Shown here piece after piece: positions 1-14,762 of a stretch of 64,000 nt of DNA (the stretch's first letter is position 1; the number at the start of each line of letters is the position of its first letter). The position numbers and the translations under genes are program-made. The stretch lies in the NCBI GenBank assembly GCA_951406725.2, contig OX597827.1, forward strand, positions 11,594,001 through 11,658,000, in the 5' to 3' direction. The notes under the pieces are model-generated. The model was not told the DNA's origin, did no database searches, and saw only the letters and a list, made by a program, of their open reading frames with translations. This DNA comes from Octopus vulgaris. Lineage: Eukaryota.

Positions 1-113
1 CTAGGCTTACAAAGATTAAGCCTTGCGGCTGATTTCTTCAACTAAAACCCTTTAAGGCGGTGCTCCAGCATGGCCACAGTCAAACGACTGAAACACGTAA
101 ATGAATAAAAGAA
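1..113 (+). mobile_element. SINE A 3' end (truncated by window edge)
   Basis: aaggcggtgctccagcatggcc.cagtcaaa.gactgaaac tail shared with the full copies. Confidence 0.8.
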
Positions 114-123
114 AAAATATATA

Positions 124-280
124 ATGGGCTTCTTCAAGTTTCCACCCACCAAATCTGCTCACAAATCTTTGGTTGGCCCAGGGCTCTAGTAGAAGACACT
201 TGCTCATGATGCCACCCAGTCAGATTGAACCTGAGACCACATGGTTAGAAAACATGCTTCTTAACCACATTACCATGCAT
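124..280 (-). mobile_element. Diverged SINE A-related 5' half
   Basis: Similar to the reverse complement of the SINE A head and core (agaagacacttgc). Confidence 0.6.
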
Positions 281-493
281 AACATAAATCTATGTTTCTC
301 ATAAATGGAGGCAAGAATGGGGTGAATATGATGTGGGGAAAGACACATTTTCAAAGCAAATTAAAGAGATCAACCATTAGAAGTGAAATAGTTATGAAAT
401 AAATATTTAGAGGTATATTAATAGGATATCGAAAATTCAAATCTTTCATTTGAAAATCATTTCTCTTCAAAGCTGAAATGCAAGACTTCTCAC

Positions 494-722
494 TTAACCC
501 TTTCATTACCAACCTGGCCGAAACTGCCTCTGGCTCTGTAGTACAAATGTCTTGCTTTCTTAAGTTTTGAATTAAAATTTTCCACCAAACTTTAGTCACA
601 ATTTACGTTACTAACACTAGCTTAATGGTAACTAAGTTATTTTTCTAAATTCTTTGTTATATTTAAAGTAATTGAAAGGAACACAGAGCATCTCAAAATA
701 AATACAGTAACGAAAGGGTTAA
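494..722. mobile_element. MITE E, piggyBac-like (TTAA TSD, CCCTTT termini)
   Basis: ttaa-ccctttcattac...gtaacgaaaggg-ttaa; six units in the window. Confidence 0.85.
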
Positions 723-2090
723 ACATATTTTACAATGCAAGTTTGAGCAGAAAAAAATAAAAAAACATGCTGATATGGTTGACTACTTTTGAGAGTCAGA
801 CTTGATTCTTTCAAAAGCCACACAGACAAAATTGTTAAAATTTATTTTTCCTATAACTTGAGTGAATAGATATGCTAGGAAAAAGACATCTTGAATTTGT
901 TCTTAGTTAATCCGATATATGACTTAAACACATTTCTGTTGTCTAATATAACCATTGCTAATCACTAATACTTTCATAATGTAGTTACTATTGAAGGGAC
1001 AATTATTTGGCAAAATAATTATAGATAAAGATAGAAGCACTTTTATTGATGCTAATTTTTATTTTTTTTATTTTCTTGCCTCTCTTTTTTTTCTTTCATT
1101 ATTTTTTTTTTTGAAATGATTAATTCAGTAAACAAATTTTTTACAGAAAGAATAGCTAATTTTAATCAAGATTTTGCTAAGGTTCTTATATCTATGATTC
1201 ATTAGAAAATGAAAAAAAAAAATTAAATTTTGGAACTCTTTGGTGGTTATTTATTCTTACATTTAAACTGAAGATTAGATTATTCCCCCAAAACATCAGA
1301 AATGCTGGTGACCAAAGGAAAGTATTGAACTGCATTTTGTTACAACCCTTTCTGTTTTGTCTTGAAACTCCACTGAAGACAGTTTTTATCTTTCGACATA
1401 CTGGGATAATAAAAAAAACCCAGTAAAATACTAAAGCTAGTTTAGTATTCTTATGAAGTATTCTAGATCTGAATGGCATTATAACTGAAGTTCAAGAACA
1501 GACCAAGTCAATTATGTCAATTACTTGAGAGGCAGGTAAGTTGTATCTTGTAGCTGTAAAGGTATTTAACTCTGAACGTACTCCTGGATGGTAGGTCTAA
1601 TCTGTAACCCAATTTAGCACAACCATCTGACCCTTTGATGCCTTTATGTTCATGTATCCATAAAAAATTAATCACGTATTATCTTGTAGCTTCAAGATTT
1701 TGAAGATGTAATCATTTAATTTTAGAATGACATTGTAGGGTAGGTTGGAGAGACTGGATCTGGCCAGTTTGAACTTAAAAACAGGTAGACCATCTGGGCC
1801 GGATATGGTCAGTTTAAATGTTAAAGGTTTAAAAAGCACTGCCATGTTAAGAACAAAAATGATGAACATGTTGGCTGTCATCCAAGAAACACAGTGTCTG
1901 AGAAAAAGAAACAGAATTGGAATGGTTAACACGGATTTTTTTCATACTTATTTTATCAAACCCAAAAGAATGAAAGGCAAAGGTGACCTTGATGGAATTT
2001 GAACTCAGACCGTACAGACAGATGAAATACTGCTAAGCATTTCAACCAAAATGTTAATGATTGTGCCACCTCGCCACCTTTCTTATTGGC

Positions 2091-2105
2091 ATAATAATAA
2101 TAATA

Positions 2106-2153
<48 letters not shown>

Positions 2154-2193
2154 TTGGTGATGGTGATGATGATGATGATGATGATGGTCATGG

Positions 2194-2240
<47 letters not shown>

Positions 2241-2401
2241 GTGATGGTGGTGATGATGATGATGATGATGATGATGGTGATGGTGATGGTGATGTGATGA
2301 TGGTGATGATGATGATGATGATGATTGTGATGGTGATGGTGATGGTGATGATGATGATGATGGTGATTGTGATGGTGATGGTGATGTTGATGATGATGAT
2401 G

Positions 2402-2462
<61 letters not shown>

Positions 2463-2468
2463 TAGTAA
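2091..2468. repeat. (AAT)/(GAT)/(GGT) compound microsatellite
   Basis: Direct reading. Confidence 0.95.
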
Positions 2469-2737
2469 CAGCCAGAATGTTGAGTCTTAATGATCAGAAT
2501 TGACAACTATAAGTTAGAGAGACCATCCTTTATGTATTTGCTTGATCTGCTTGCTACAACAGTTAAATAATCCCACAAATTAAATCACCTTGTCTTAAAA
2601 AAGAAAGGATATTATCCATTGAGTAAAAAATAAAAACAGACAAAATGATCATGACTGGAATGCATTTCAGCACCAGTCAGTTAAATTAGGGTTGACACAG
2701 GGTTAAACAGCAGCTAAATCAACAGTGGGTTGGACAG

Positions 2738-2825
2738 TTAAAGTGGTCAGTTAGCAGTTTTCTAAATCATCTCTGTAAAACATTCTGTACAGCACTTTAA
2801 CAATTCTGCCAACTGACCACTTTAA
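2738..2825. mobile_element. Tiny TIR element, possibly a Kolobok-like MITE
   Basis: ttaa-agtggtcagtt(a/g)gcag...ctgccaactgaccact-ttaa, i.e. TTAA flanks with AG..CT termini. Single copy in the window. Confidence 0.4.
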
Positions 2826-3642
2826 CTAATGTAATGAAAGTTGCTAACTTCATTACATTGGACATACATCTACAAACTTTTCGTGCTAGCCTCCTATGCA
2901 TTTAAAACAAGGAGATGTTGCATCACATTACATACAGAAAATAGTTGGGGAAAAAAAACAATAATTGATAACAATATAATCCTGTGAAGAATTCAACAAT
3001 ATATCTTAAAGATTCACAATGGAAGATTTATTACTAGCAAAATTTATATATCAAAGAAATAAATGATAAAAAAACCTAATGCAGAGATTCAGTATGTATG
3101 AAAAGATAAATCTATGAAAGTAACCAGAATTTAAGTGTGAGATAGCTTTAAATCTAGTGATGATGATTTTATCAGTTGCAATATTTCTTGTTGCTTATTA
3201 TAAAATGTGCTGACAATATACCACACACATCACTTCATTCAGAAGGTAAGACTGAGAAGATCTTGGTATGTTAATGACATTAGGAATGTTATTGTCCTAA
3301 ACTAAACACAAAGAAATATTAAATATCAAAAAAAAATATCACAAATAATTAAGATTGCATATACAAATACAGACATGTTTCATTATAGCATATTTGAAAG
3401 GAAAGCAAATTACTACACACACATGCATAAGCATACACACATACTCACACAGATACAAAGACGCACACACACATTCATGCACACACACACACGCACACAT
3501 CTAAATATACATACATACATGTATAGATATATACATATCATATACAGTTCTACTATTGGTAAGAACAACAAAAAGTTCTCTATCCAGTGAGAGATAAATA
3601 TCTTTTAAATCTTGTGTGTAAGAAAGTATGTGTGTGTGTAAT

Positions 3643-3679
<37 letters not shown>

Positions 3680-3687
<8 letters not shown>

Positions 3688-3835
3688 GATAGATATGCAC
3701 GCATACACAATTATATACATATGCATATAAATATATAACTATATATAGATAGGTACACATATATATATGCATATGTATCTATTTATATATGTAATGTATA
3801 TATATATATATATATATTTATGTATATAGCTCTTT

Positions 3836-3904
<69 letters not shown>

Positions 3905-4085
3905 TAGATAGATATGCACGCATACACAATTATATACATATGCATATAAATATATAACTGTATATAGATAGGTACACATATATATATATGCATATGTATC
4001 TATTTATATATGTAATGTATATATATATATGTATGCATGTAGCTCTTTATCTCTCTCTCTATATATATATTTATATATATATATA
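3680..4085. repeat. Tandem duplication of a ~219-bp microsatellite mosaic
   Basis: acatagatagatatgcacgcatacacaatt... begins at both 3683 and 3902. Confidence 0.85.
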
Positions 4086-4892
4086 CACACACATATACAT
4101 ACAAACATACATACTCATAACGGATAGTTAGATAAAGAGAGAGAGAGAGAGGGGAACAGAAAGAGAAGTGAGGGGGAGTAAGAGATAGACATATCAATGA
4201 ACGTTGCATTGTAGAGATGTGTGTTAAGAAATCAGTTTATCAAGAGATGGTTTTAATACCAACTTCCATTAAGAAGTGATCTATCTCGAAATTGGTTGGA
4301 ATATTTCAACAAATGAAACACGAAATCTAACATGGAATAGATATTTATTTATATGTTCTTTTTCTTTACTTAAATACTTCCTTTCCTTTTTACATGATAA
4401 ATATTTTTTCTTGTTGATTGTTCCAGAAATAGGAAAAATTGGAAAATCCAAACTAGATATAAGTGTGTTCACACATACACACACAAACTGACTCACACAC
4501 AAACATCTGATTATGCATATGTGTATGTGTGTATATGCATTCATACACACACAAACACATGTGTATATGCGTGTATATATATATATATATATAGATATAT
4601 ATATTTATGTATATGATATTATGTATGCATACATATATATGAATATGTAAACGTATATGCACAAGTCTTTACACATGTATATACATGTATACACACACAT
4701 ACTTATCTATATCTATATATCTATGTATCTATCTATATACCTACCAATCTATCTGTCTATCTCTCTATATATTTGTGAGCATGTGTGTGTGTATGTATGT
4801 ATGTATGTATGTATGTATACACAGACACATATACATATATACATATACACATACATATACATATATAAATATATATATATATACATACATAT

Positions 4893-4933
<41 letters not shown>

Positions 4934-5636
4934 CAGTTGCACGTACACACACACACATATACATATATATACATATGCTTATTCCTAAAATAAACAAAGG
5001 CTTGCATTATGGTTCCGGGAATAGGCGGAAACATCATTAATACTCTGTGTCCAAAATACATACTGCATGAAATTGGCCAATTTTTGAAGACAAGAGCAAA
5101 GTTTTCCTCCACCTAGCTTTCTCATTGTCTTTCTCAGTTCGACAACTTTATATCACTATATAACGTTGACTTTTGTTGCTAAATAAATAACATTTCTTTT
5201 TACACAAATGCTAACTAAGCGGCTGAATTGTTCTGACCTCCAAAATACTTACCATCATGTCTCGATTCTTTATTAAAGGTCCAACATTATCGTGTCATTT
5301 TATGTGAATATTCAGCTCAGTATTTCATGTGGCATTTTTTACATATCTTATAGTTCCATTCTTTGTATTATATTAATGGATTGTAAATTTCAGCCCACTC
5401 CAGCATGTATGCACACAATTATTGCACAGACACACATATGCGTACAAGCACATTGTGACATACACTTTACACTACATGTACAAATTGTATGTATTTGTAT
5501 ATAAATATCAGACACACACACACATGCATGCAAGCATGCACACATGCATACACATACACAAAAGCATGCATACATACATATATGTATATATGCACGAATG
5601 TATGTATCTTTCTATTTATCCATCTCTATCCATCTG

Positions 5637-5667
<31 letters not shown>

Positions 5668-5807
5668 GCACGTGCACACATGCATATACATACATGCATA
5701 CGTATATGTGTGTGTATATATGTGTATATGTATATATACACACACATGTATATACATATGCACATAAATATTTCTTTATATGTATGTGTACATGTCTCTC
5801 TCTCTCT

Positions 5808-5845
<38 letters not shown>

Positions 5846-5969
5846 GTATATATGTGTATATATATATGTATATATATATATGTAAATATATATGTATGTA
5901 TATATACATATATCTCTTTATCTAACTATCCGTTATGAGTATGTATGCTTGTATGTATATGTGTGTGTG

Positions 5970-6012
<43 letters not shown>

Positions 6013-6026
6013 AAAGAGCTACATAC

Positions 6027-6054
<28 letters not shown>

Positions 6055-6071
<17 letters not shown>

Positions 6072-6178
6072 TTCTGATGATTTTATTTCGTTATTGCACA
6101 CATATATATATACCTATATACCTATATATGTATATGTATATATACGTATGTATGTATGCATTAATATATATGCATATG

Positions 6179-6246
<68 letters not shown>

Positions 6247-6370
6247 CATATGCATATATATTAATGCATACATACATACGTATATATACATATACATATA
6301 TAGGTATATAGGTATATATATATGTGTGCAATAACGAAATAAAATCATCAGAATGTACATATATATATAT
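6055..6370. repeat. Perfect ~316-bp palindrome centred on (TA)n
   Basis: g6067 pairs with c6358. The arms include non-microsatellite sequence (cattctgatgattttatttcgttattgcac / its reverse complement), and the ORF track shows the same peptide on both strands. Confidence 0.9.
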
Positions 6371-7199
6371 GGTTCTGCCCATGTGCGTGACAACCAGACA
6401 TCAGAATGAGGCAGGCAGCTTCCAAAGAAGAAAAGGTAGGCAGGAGATGGCTAAGCACATGAGTAAGAAACGAGGAAAAAAAAAAGGTATTGATATTGGT
6501 AGGAAGAGAGAGATGAATAGATAAACAGACAAAAAAAGAAGAGTAAGGTGAGGAGTGAATATGGAACAAGGGATGGGGACACGCCAATGTCATTATATTC
6601 CAGCTTTTTTTTCCATTCTACATTGGAAGTGTCAATGGTTCCTTTGAAATGAATGAGATAACACGAAAGCAGAAAGATGGGCAGTTAGTTTCATCCTATT
6701 TTAAGGTCCGTGATGCTATAGATGTAATTTCAGATAGGTTTATGGATAAGAAATATAAAATGTCAATATATATAAATGAATATGTGTACATATACATATG
6801 CACGTATGTATGTTTGCATGCGTGCGAGTATATATGTATATATGTATGCATGTATAGATGTGTGCATACATATATGTATGCATGTATATGTGTGTGTGTG
6901 TGCTTGCATGTATGTTTGCATGTATAGATATGTATGCATGCAAGTATGTATGTATGTATGTATGTATATATGCATGTATGTAATTTGTATGTAACGGTAG
7001 CAAGCTAACTGAGCAATCTTGAAGGCATAGACGTCTACTAATGGTGTCTGCTTTCCAACCATTTGTTCATGGGTTCAATCCCGCTGTATGGTACCTTGAA
7101 GAAGCATATTCACCATAGTTTTAGCTTGTATATGTGTGTGTGCATATATATATATATATGTATATATATATATGTGTGTTTGTGTGTGTGTATATATGT

Positions 7200-7431
7200 T
7201 TTTTTTATTACCCACAAGGGTATAAACATAGAGGGGACAAACAAGGAAAGACAAACGGATTAAGTCAATTACATCGACCCTAGTGTGTAACTGGTACTTA
7301 ATTTTATCGACCCCCTAAAGGTTGAAAGACAAAGTCGACCTTGGCAGAATTTGAACTCAGAAGATAATGGCAGACGAAATACAGCTACGCATTTCACCTG
7401 GCGTGCTAACGGTTCTGGCAGCTCGCCGCCT
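7200..7431 (-). mobile_element. SINE B (tRNA-derived)
   Basis: Minus-strand head ggcggcgagctg.cagaa with B box gagttcaaattc, central ctttcatcctttcggggtcgataaattaagtaccag-type domain and an A-rich tail. Confidence 0.85.
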
Positions 7432-8038
7432 TAATATATATATAAGTATATATATATTGTAGTGTTTCATTATTGGTGGAATCAACAAAACATATATATT
7501 TATATATGTATATATATTTGTGTGAATGTGTGTCTTTGTGGTTGTATTTGTCCCTGGTCATTTGACGACTGGTGTTAGTTTTGTTTACATCCTCAAAAAC
7601 CCAAAGGTTTGTCTAAAGAGATCAACAATAAAATTGACCATTCACATTAGCTACACTAAAGATGTCTTGCACTAAATTTTATCAAATGATCTTTGATGAT
7701 TTGTGAAAATATAAAGAGTTGGAACAATTACTATAAAACACCATCTACTGAATGCAATTTTCCATAAAAACCAAGGTTAAAATTGATGTTTTTTTTTATA
7801 TATACAACATGGTAGCATGGTAATAAACTGCATAGACTTTTCTCTACTATAGAGGAAACTATCTTAAAAAGTTTAGTTGATTGAATTGATCTCAGTGAGT
7901 TATTTTGAGTCTGGAACTTATTCAATTGGTTTCTTTTTAGTGAACTGCTATGTGGTAGAGATGTAAACAAACCAACGTTCGTTGTCAAACAATGAGAAAG
8001 AAGCACAAATGCAAACATACACAGAGATATGTATGCCC

Positions 8039-8380
<342 letters not shown>

Positions 8381-8962
8381 ACAAGTCTTTTGCACAATTT
8401 CCATCTGTTAAATTCATTGGTTCATCCAGGGCTATAGACCAAAAAGTGTTGGTGTTGTATAGCAGGGCTGAACCTAAAACCATGTGGTTACAAAGTGAAC
8501 TTAGTCACCCAGCCATACTTGTATCTTTTATTAAGGAGAAAAAATCCCCCACAAAAATGTAATAAAGTTTTTTTAGATTTTCTTTTAGATTTTGTTTCAG
8601 ATTTTTTTGTTATATGTATCAATATATTTTATATAAAATGAGATATTAAAAACTAATATATTGGATTATAGAAGATTATCTTCTACTCTTATAGTAGTTG
8701 TGCAACATTGCATATCATGCAGGTTATTAATAGTTTTTAAAACAATTTAGACCCTAAAATTGAGATGCATATTTTACATGGTAGTATATTTTCTTTGGAT
8801 TTCTATGGTATATTATTTAGCATAGTAGAAGCTTCCTATAAATAAGTTATCAGTTTTGTGGTTAAGATGTTGTGTGTTCAGGCCTGCTGCACAGCACCTT
8901 GAGCAAAAGTCTTCTGCAAAAGCCCTTGGGAGTGAGTTTGGTAGATAGAAACTGGATGGATG

Positions 8963-9187
8963 TGAGCTGGCAGAAACATTAGCATGCCGGGTGAAATGCT
9001 TAGCGGTATTTCGTCTGCCATTACATTCTGAGTTCAAATTCCACTGAGGTAGACTTTGCCTTTCATCCTTTTGGAGTCAATAAATTAAGTACCAGTTACG
9101 CACTGGGGTTGATGTAATCGACTTAATCCCTTTGGCTGTCCTTGTTTGTCCCCTCTATGTTTAGCCCCTTGTGGGCATAAAGAAAAA
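8963..9187 (+). mobile_element. SINE B with 16-bp target-site duplication
   Basis: TSD agaaactg(g/a)atggatg at 8947-8962 and 9188-9203. Confidence 0.9.
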
Positions 9188-9226
9188 AGAAACTGAATGG
9201 ATGCTTGTCATGTGTGTGTGTGTGTG

Positions 9227-9258
<32 letters not shown>

Positions 9259-9261
9259 GAC

Positions 9262-9318
<57 letters not shown>

Positions 9319-11699
9319 TGTATATAGATAAATAGATATGCATATGCATGTACAATAAGGGCCATCTTAGCAACATTATTGGCCCCCGAGCAAATAAATG
9401 CATTGTATTTATTAACAGCAAATAAAACATACATAGATCAGAATATCAGAATTGGGTCCCTAGACCCACGAGGCCCACAAGTAACTGCTTCGTGTACCCA
9501 CACCTTCAAATTGTACTGTTTATAATATCTACTTTTAGGGAAAGATTTTTAAATGCTCCACAATATATAGATGAAAGCATCTAAAAGAAATAGAACAGGT
9601 CAAGCTATTCCAGACATATGTATTCACAGAAGAAATGAAACTATACAAGGTGGAAATAATTACTAAGAAATAGTCAGAATGTTTCTGTTCTGTATGTTCT
9701 ATCTTCAGTCGAATGAGCAGTACTCATGGCTTTATTGCAAAGCCTTCAGAGTTGTTTAGAGGAAAGGTTGAGAAGAAAGCACAACTTATGGGTTGCTGCA
9801 ATACGAAACAGAAATTTAAGATAATGAGGGAACATTATGTGTAATCCAAGAACTGTTTGACAGGCACTACATAGTTTTAGAATTGAACCCATGATCTCAC
9901 AATTCTGAATACAACATCCTAACCACTAGGCCATGGTTCCCTCACTGAATGTAATAGTCTTTTCTACTCTAGGCACGAGGCCCAAAATTTTGGGGGAGGA
10001 GGCCAGTTGATTAGATCAACCCCTGTACGCAACTGGTATTTAATTTATCAATCCCGAAAAATGAAAGGCAAATTTGACCTCAGAGGAATTTTATTGAGTT
10101 AGAGAAAAGCTCAACAAAGTAGCCAGTGTAAGTATTTATCTCTAAGTTGGGTATTGGCACCAGTGATATAGACACACTCATGGCTGTGTGATTAAGAAGT
10201 ATACTTCACAGCTAGATAGTCCTGGGTTTGATCTCATCATGCAATAATCAAATTTTGTAGATGAACACTGCACAAAAGACCATTACATACACATATGTAC
10301 ATTCATGCCTACACACATCACACATAAACAGATGCGTGTGTGTGTGTGTGAATGTGTGTGTGTGTGTGTGCGTCTACACACGTGTGAGTGTATATTTGTC
10401 CCTGGTCTTATTTATCAAGTGTGCACTAACTGTAAACCAAAGTCTTCCACCATTCAAACAGTGTCGTTTGTTTATGATCCTCCGGGAAATCATGTGTGGC
10501 CATTGAGCCATGTCCTGTTTGAATGAAGGAAAAGGAGAAATATTACCTTAGTCAGAAGCAGGCGAAGGTTGGTGACAAGAAGAGCTCCCCATCTTGGTGG
10601 AGAAAAATATCTGCCATAAATTTCCTCTGACCCTCAACCATGAAAGCATGGAAAAGTGGACATTAAAATACTGATGATTAAAGATGATGATGCTGACGTG
10701 TGTGTGTTTGTGTGTGCATGTGTGTGTTTGTATGACTGTATATATGTAATCATAGTGGGTAATTGTCACCCTTTATGATAAGAATATATAATATCATTGT
10801 CGTCAGATTAATGTTTATTTTGCTATGTCCAGATGTCCTTCCTGTTGCCAACTTTCATGAATTTCCAAGCAAGTTAAGAAACTTGTTGCTGATACATATA
10901 TGCATACATATAATTATATATATATATATATATGTAAATGTATATGTGTGTGTGTGTTTGAATTGTGGTCTGTGTTTCTGTGTTGTGTCCCATTTTGTTT
11001 GATAACTTAGACGTTTGACAAACTGGGATCAATATGAAACCAGTCACCGAATAAAATTTAAAAGAATCATTGAGGTGTGATGTTAATACAGTGAGAACAA
11101 TCTACATTAGTATCATCAATACAATCTACAGAACTGTAAAAATAGAAAAGTCACAAGTAACACAGTTACACACATCCACAAAATTAGTTTGTATTTCTAA
11201 TGAGGAGAAATAACAGCAGACAAAAAAATTTTTTAAAAAATATAAAAAAAAGCTAATGGAACAGATATTGTAATTGGGAATGAAAGTAAATTAATGACAA
11301 AGAAGAATGGCAGTCAAAGAATACAGGACAAGATATAAGTGAAATTGATTGAGTACTGCTGTAATAATTTCTCCAGTTAATGTGAATGTAATATTAATTA
11401 ATTAATGGCAGTCTCTTGAGTACACAAAAGATGGTTCAGCAATCTTTTGCTGAACAATCTGTACAACCAAGTTGTTTACAATGATCACATGTTTGTGTTG
11501 CACATGAGCTCACCTGTTCTGTCAAATTCACATTTCCTGTACAGGTGCATGGGGTTCCGCACATCAAATGTGATGTGAGATGAAGTGCTTTGCTTAAGTA
11601 CACAATGCACTATATAGTTTTAGAATTGAACCCATGATCTCACAATTGTGAATACAACATCCTAACCACTAGGCCATGGTTCCCTCACTGAATGTAATA

Positions 11700-11913
11700 G
11701 TCTTTTCTACTCTAGGCATAAGGCCCAAAATTTTTGGGGAGGGTGCCAGTTGATCAGATCGACCCCTGTACCCAACTGGTACTTAATTTATCAATCCCGA
11801 AAAATGAAAGGCAAAGTTGACCTCAGTGGAATTCGAACTCAGAACATAAGGACAAATGAAATACTGCTAAGTATTTCACCTGGTGTGCTAACGTTTCTGC
11901 CAACTCGCTGCCT
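11700..11913 (-). mobile_element. SINE B, alternative tail
   Basis: Same head and core with a different tail (ttctactctaggca.aaggcccaaaa); TSD tcactgaatg(t/g)aata at 11685 and 11915. Confidence 0.85.
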
Positions 11914-12047
11914 TTCACTGAATGGAATATTAAAAGCCAACATAGACAGAAAGATTTGCAAAAGCTAAATTAGAATGTTCATTTAGTAAGACCTGCCTTT
12001 TGTCAAACTCACTACTTTAACAAAACATGACATAAAGTTGTGGTGCT

Positions 12048-12528
12048 TTAACCCTTATGTTACTGTCTTTATTTTGAGATGTTCTGTGTTTTTTTCAGTT
12101 ACTATAAATATAACAAAGAATTTTGTAAAATAACTTAGTTATCAATCAGCTAGTGTTAGGAACATAAATTGTGACTAAGGTTTGGTGGAAGATTTTAATT
12201 TAGAACTTATGAAAACAAGACATTTGTACACAGAGCCAGAGCCGGTTTCAGCTGGGTTGGTATCGAAAGGGTTAAGAATTGTTTCTCTATTATATATTTT
12301 AACCCTTTTGTTACCTTATTTCTGTTGAGACGATCTGTGTTTGTTTCAATTAATTTTAAATATAACAAAGAATTTAGTAAAATAACTTAGTTATCATTCA
12401 GCGAGTGTTAGGAACATAAATTGTGACTAAGGCTTGGTGGAAGATTTTAATTCAAAATTTATGAAAACAAGACATTTGTACTACAGAGCCAGAGCCAGTT
12501 TCAGCCAGGTTGGTAACAAAAGGGTTAA
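12048..12528. mobile_element. MITE E dimer (481 bp)
   Basis: Two direct units separated by a 23-bp spacer, each unit TTAA-bounded. Confidence 0.85.
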
Positions 12529-12896
12529 GGTCTTTATTCTCTTTGTTAGTGACCAGCTTGACCTCTCTCAAGAAAAACATACATATCTATACATACATCA
12601 TCATTGCTTATAACGCTTTTTCTATGCTTGAATAGGTTGGACAGAATTCCTCATGGCAGATTGTCTATGTTTTGATGCCCTTCCTATCATCATCACTTAC
12701 CCATTTTCAAGTAAATTAGTATCGTTCTGAGGCTATGTGTGTTTACATGGAAAACTGGAAATGTAGGACACAACGTGTGAAACTCATTTACAAGTATAAT
12801 TGGATGTGGAAAGGAGACACAGACACATATATACACACATATGTATATACACATATACGCATAGGTACAAGCTTATACGTACACACACACATATAT

Positions 12897-13043
12897 GCAT
12901 ACATACATACATACATACATACATACATACATACATACATACATACATACATACATACATACATACATGCATGCATACATACATACATACATACATACAT
13001 ACATACATACATACATACATACATACATACATACATACATACA

Positions 13044-13071
<28 letters not shown>
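12897..13071. repeat. (CATA)n microsatellite
   Basis: Direct reading. Confidence 0.95.
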
Positions 13072-13079
<8 letters not shown>

Positions 13080-13342
13080 CACACATGTATACATATTTGA
13101 TGATTGCTACAACTTTATGTTAAACAATTCCATTGCTGATTGTTCTCTTAAAGCATCGTGGATTTTATTACATTTGAATTTCTATCTGACAATTAACTAA
13201 ATTAACATAGAATAATGGTTTCATGTTTTTTTATGATTATGATCTAAACTGTTAATATATGAATGCGAAAGAGACAGTTGAATAACGGTAAACCTACTTT
13301 TGGGCCACCCTGTAGAGTTTATGAAGAATTGACTGCAGAATT

Positions 13343-13552
13343 GTTACCAGTGCTGGGGCCACGTTAAAAGCACTCAGTACACTCAATGGAGTGGTTGACA
13401 TTAGGAAGGGCATCCAACAATAGAAACAGTGCCAGAATAGACAATGGATTCTGGTGTGGGCCCCTGGCCTTACAAGCTCCAGTCAAATCATCCATCAAAA
13501 GCTAGCATGGGAAACAGATGTTAAATGATGATGATGATGATGATAATGATGA
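13343..13552 (+). mobile_element. Family H: old retroposon 3' end with (GAT)n tail
   Basis: aggaagggcatcca...agcatggga.a.agatgttaaatgatgatg. Relatives at about 10560-10692, 12595-12720 (-), 17250-17360 (-) and 57830-58030. Confidence 0.55.
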
Positions 13553-13692
13553 GGAGTTCAGAAAATAGAATGATGTGTTGTCCTTTGACCAGAAAAGAAT
13601 TAACTCATGTAAATTTTTGTGTCAATTCTAAACTTAACAATATTTTTAATGCTGTGCTTTTAATGCATAGTTAACAACTAATTTTTATTTCA

Positions 13693-14152
<460 letters not shown>

Positions 14153-14639
14153 TTTATTTTTATTTTTTATTACTTATCAAGCTCATATCTTTTTAAGTAT
14201 CAGGTGCTTCTGAAGCAGGAATAGTATTATGTTTGATTTTTTCAACCATTTACAGAGCTATAGTGTTCCTCATTATGATAATTTGAAAACATTTTGAATC
14301 TATAATGGCTCTAGATGTATGTGATATATTCCGAGATCAGATAAATAATGATGATGCATAAGCTCTTTCCCGAAACATTCTTTGTAATGAATTTTTAGCA
14401 GAAATAATTATTGGGTGTATATACGCAATTAATATTCACAACTATCAAAGCCTTTAACTTATAAATATCTGGCAATGGTTAGCTTAATATTTATTAATGA
14501 AAGAGAGCCTTCTGCATGGTCATTTGATCAACCTGCTAGAAATAGAAGATAGTTGTCCTTTAGAATCACACACTTTAGATAAAGAAGGATACATTGGATA
14601 TTAAAAATGTATATGCCTGTGTGCATTTATAGATATATG

Positions 14640-14682
<43 letters not shown>

Positions 14683-14762
14683 AGAAAATAGTAAAGTGTG
14701 AAAAAACGACAGAAGGCTTAAATGTTAAAAGATATATATATTTGTGTCAAAATGTCTGGAGC

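Noticed and set aside
1466-1542. Plus-strand exon ending CAG|GTAAGT
   Set aside because: Weak acceptor, stops in all frames and no partner exons.
4975-5116. Short unique ORF-like segment (EENFALVFKNWP... / MVPGIGGNII...)
   Set aside because: No recognisable domain or convincing splice signals.
13290-13313. Tc1/mariner-like TIR end (ttttgggccaccctgta)
   Set aside because: A lone terminus with no matching end or coding remnant, so no element can be defined.
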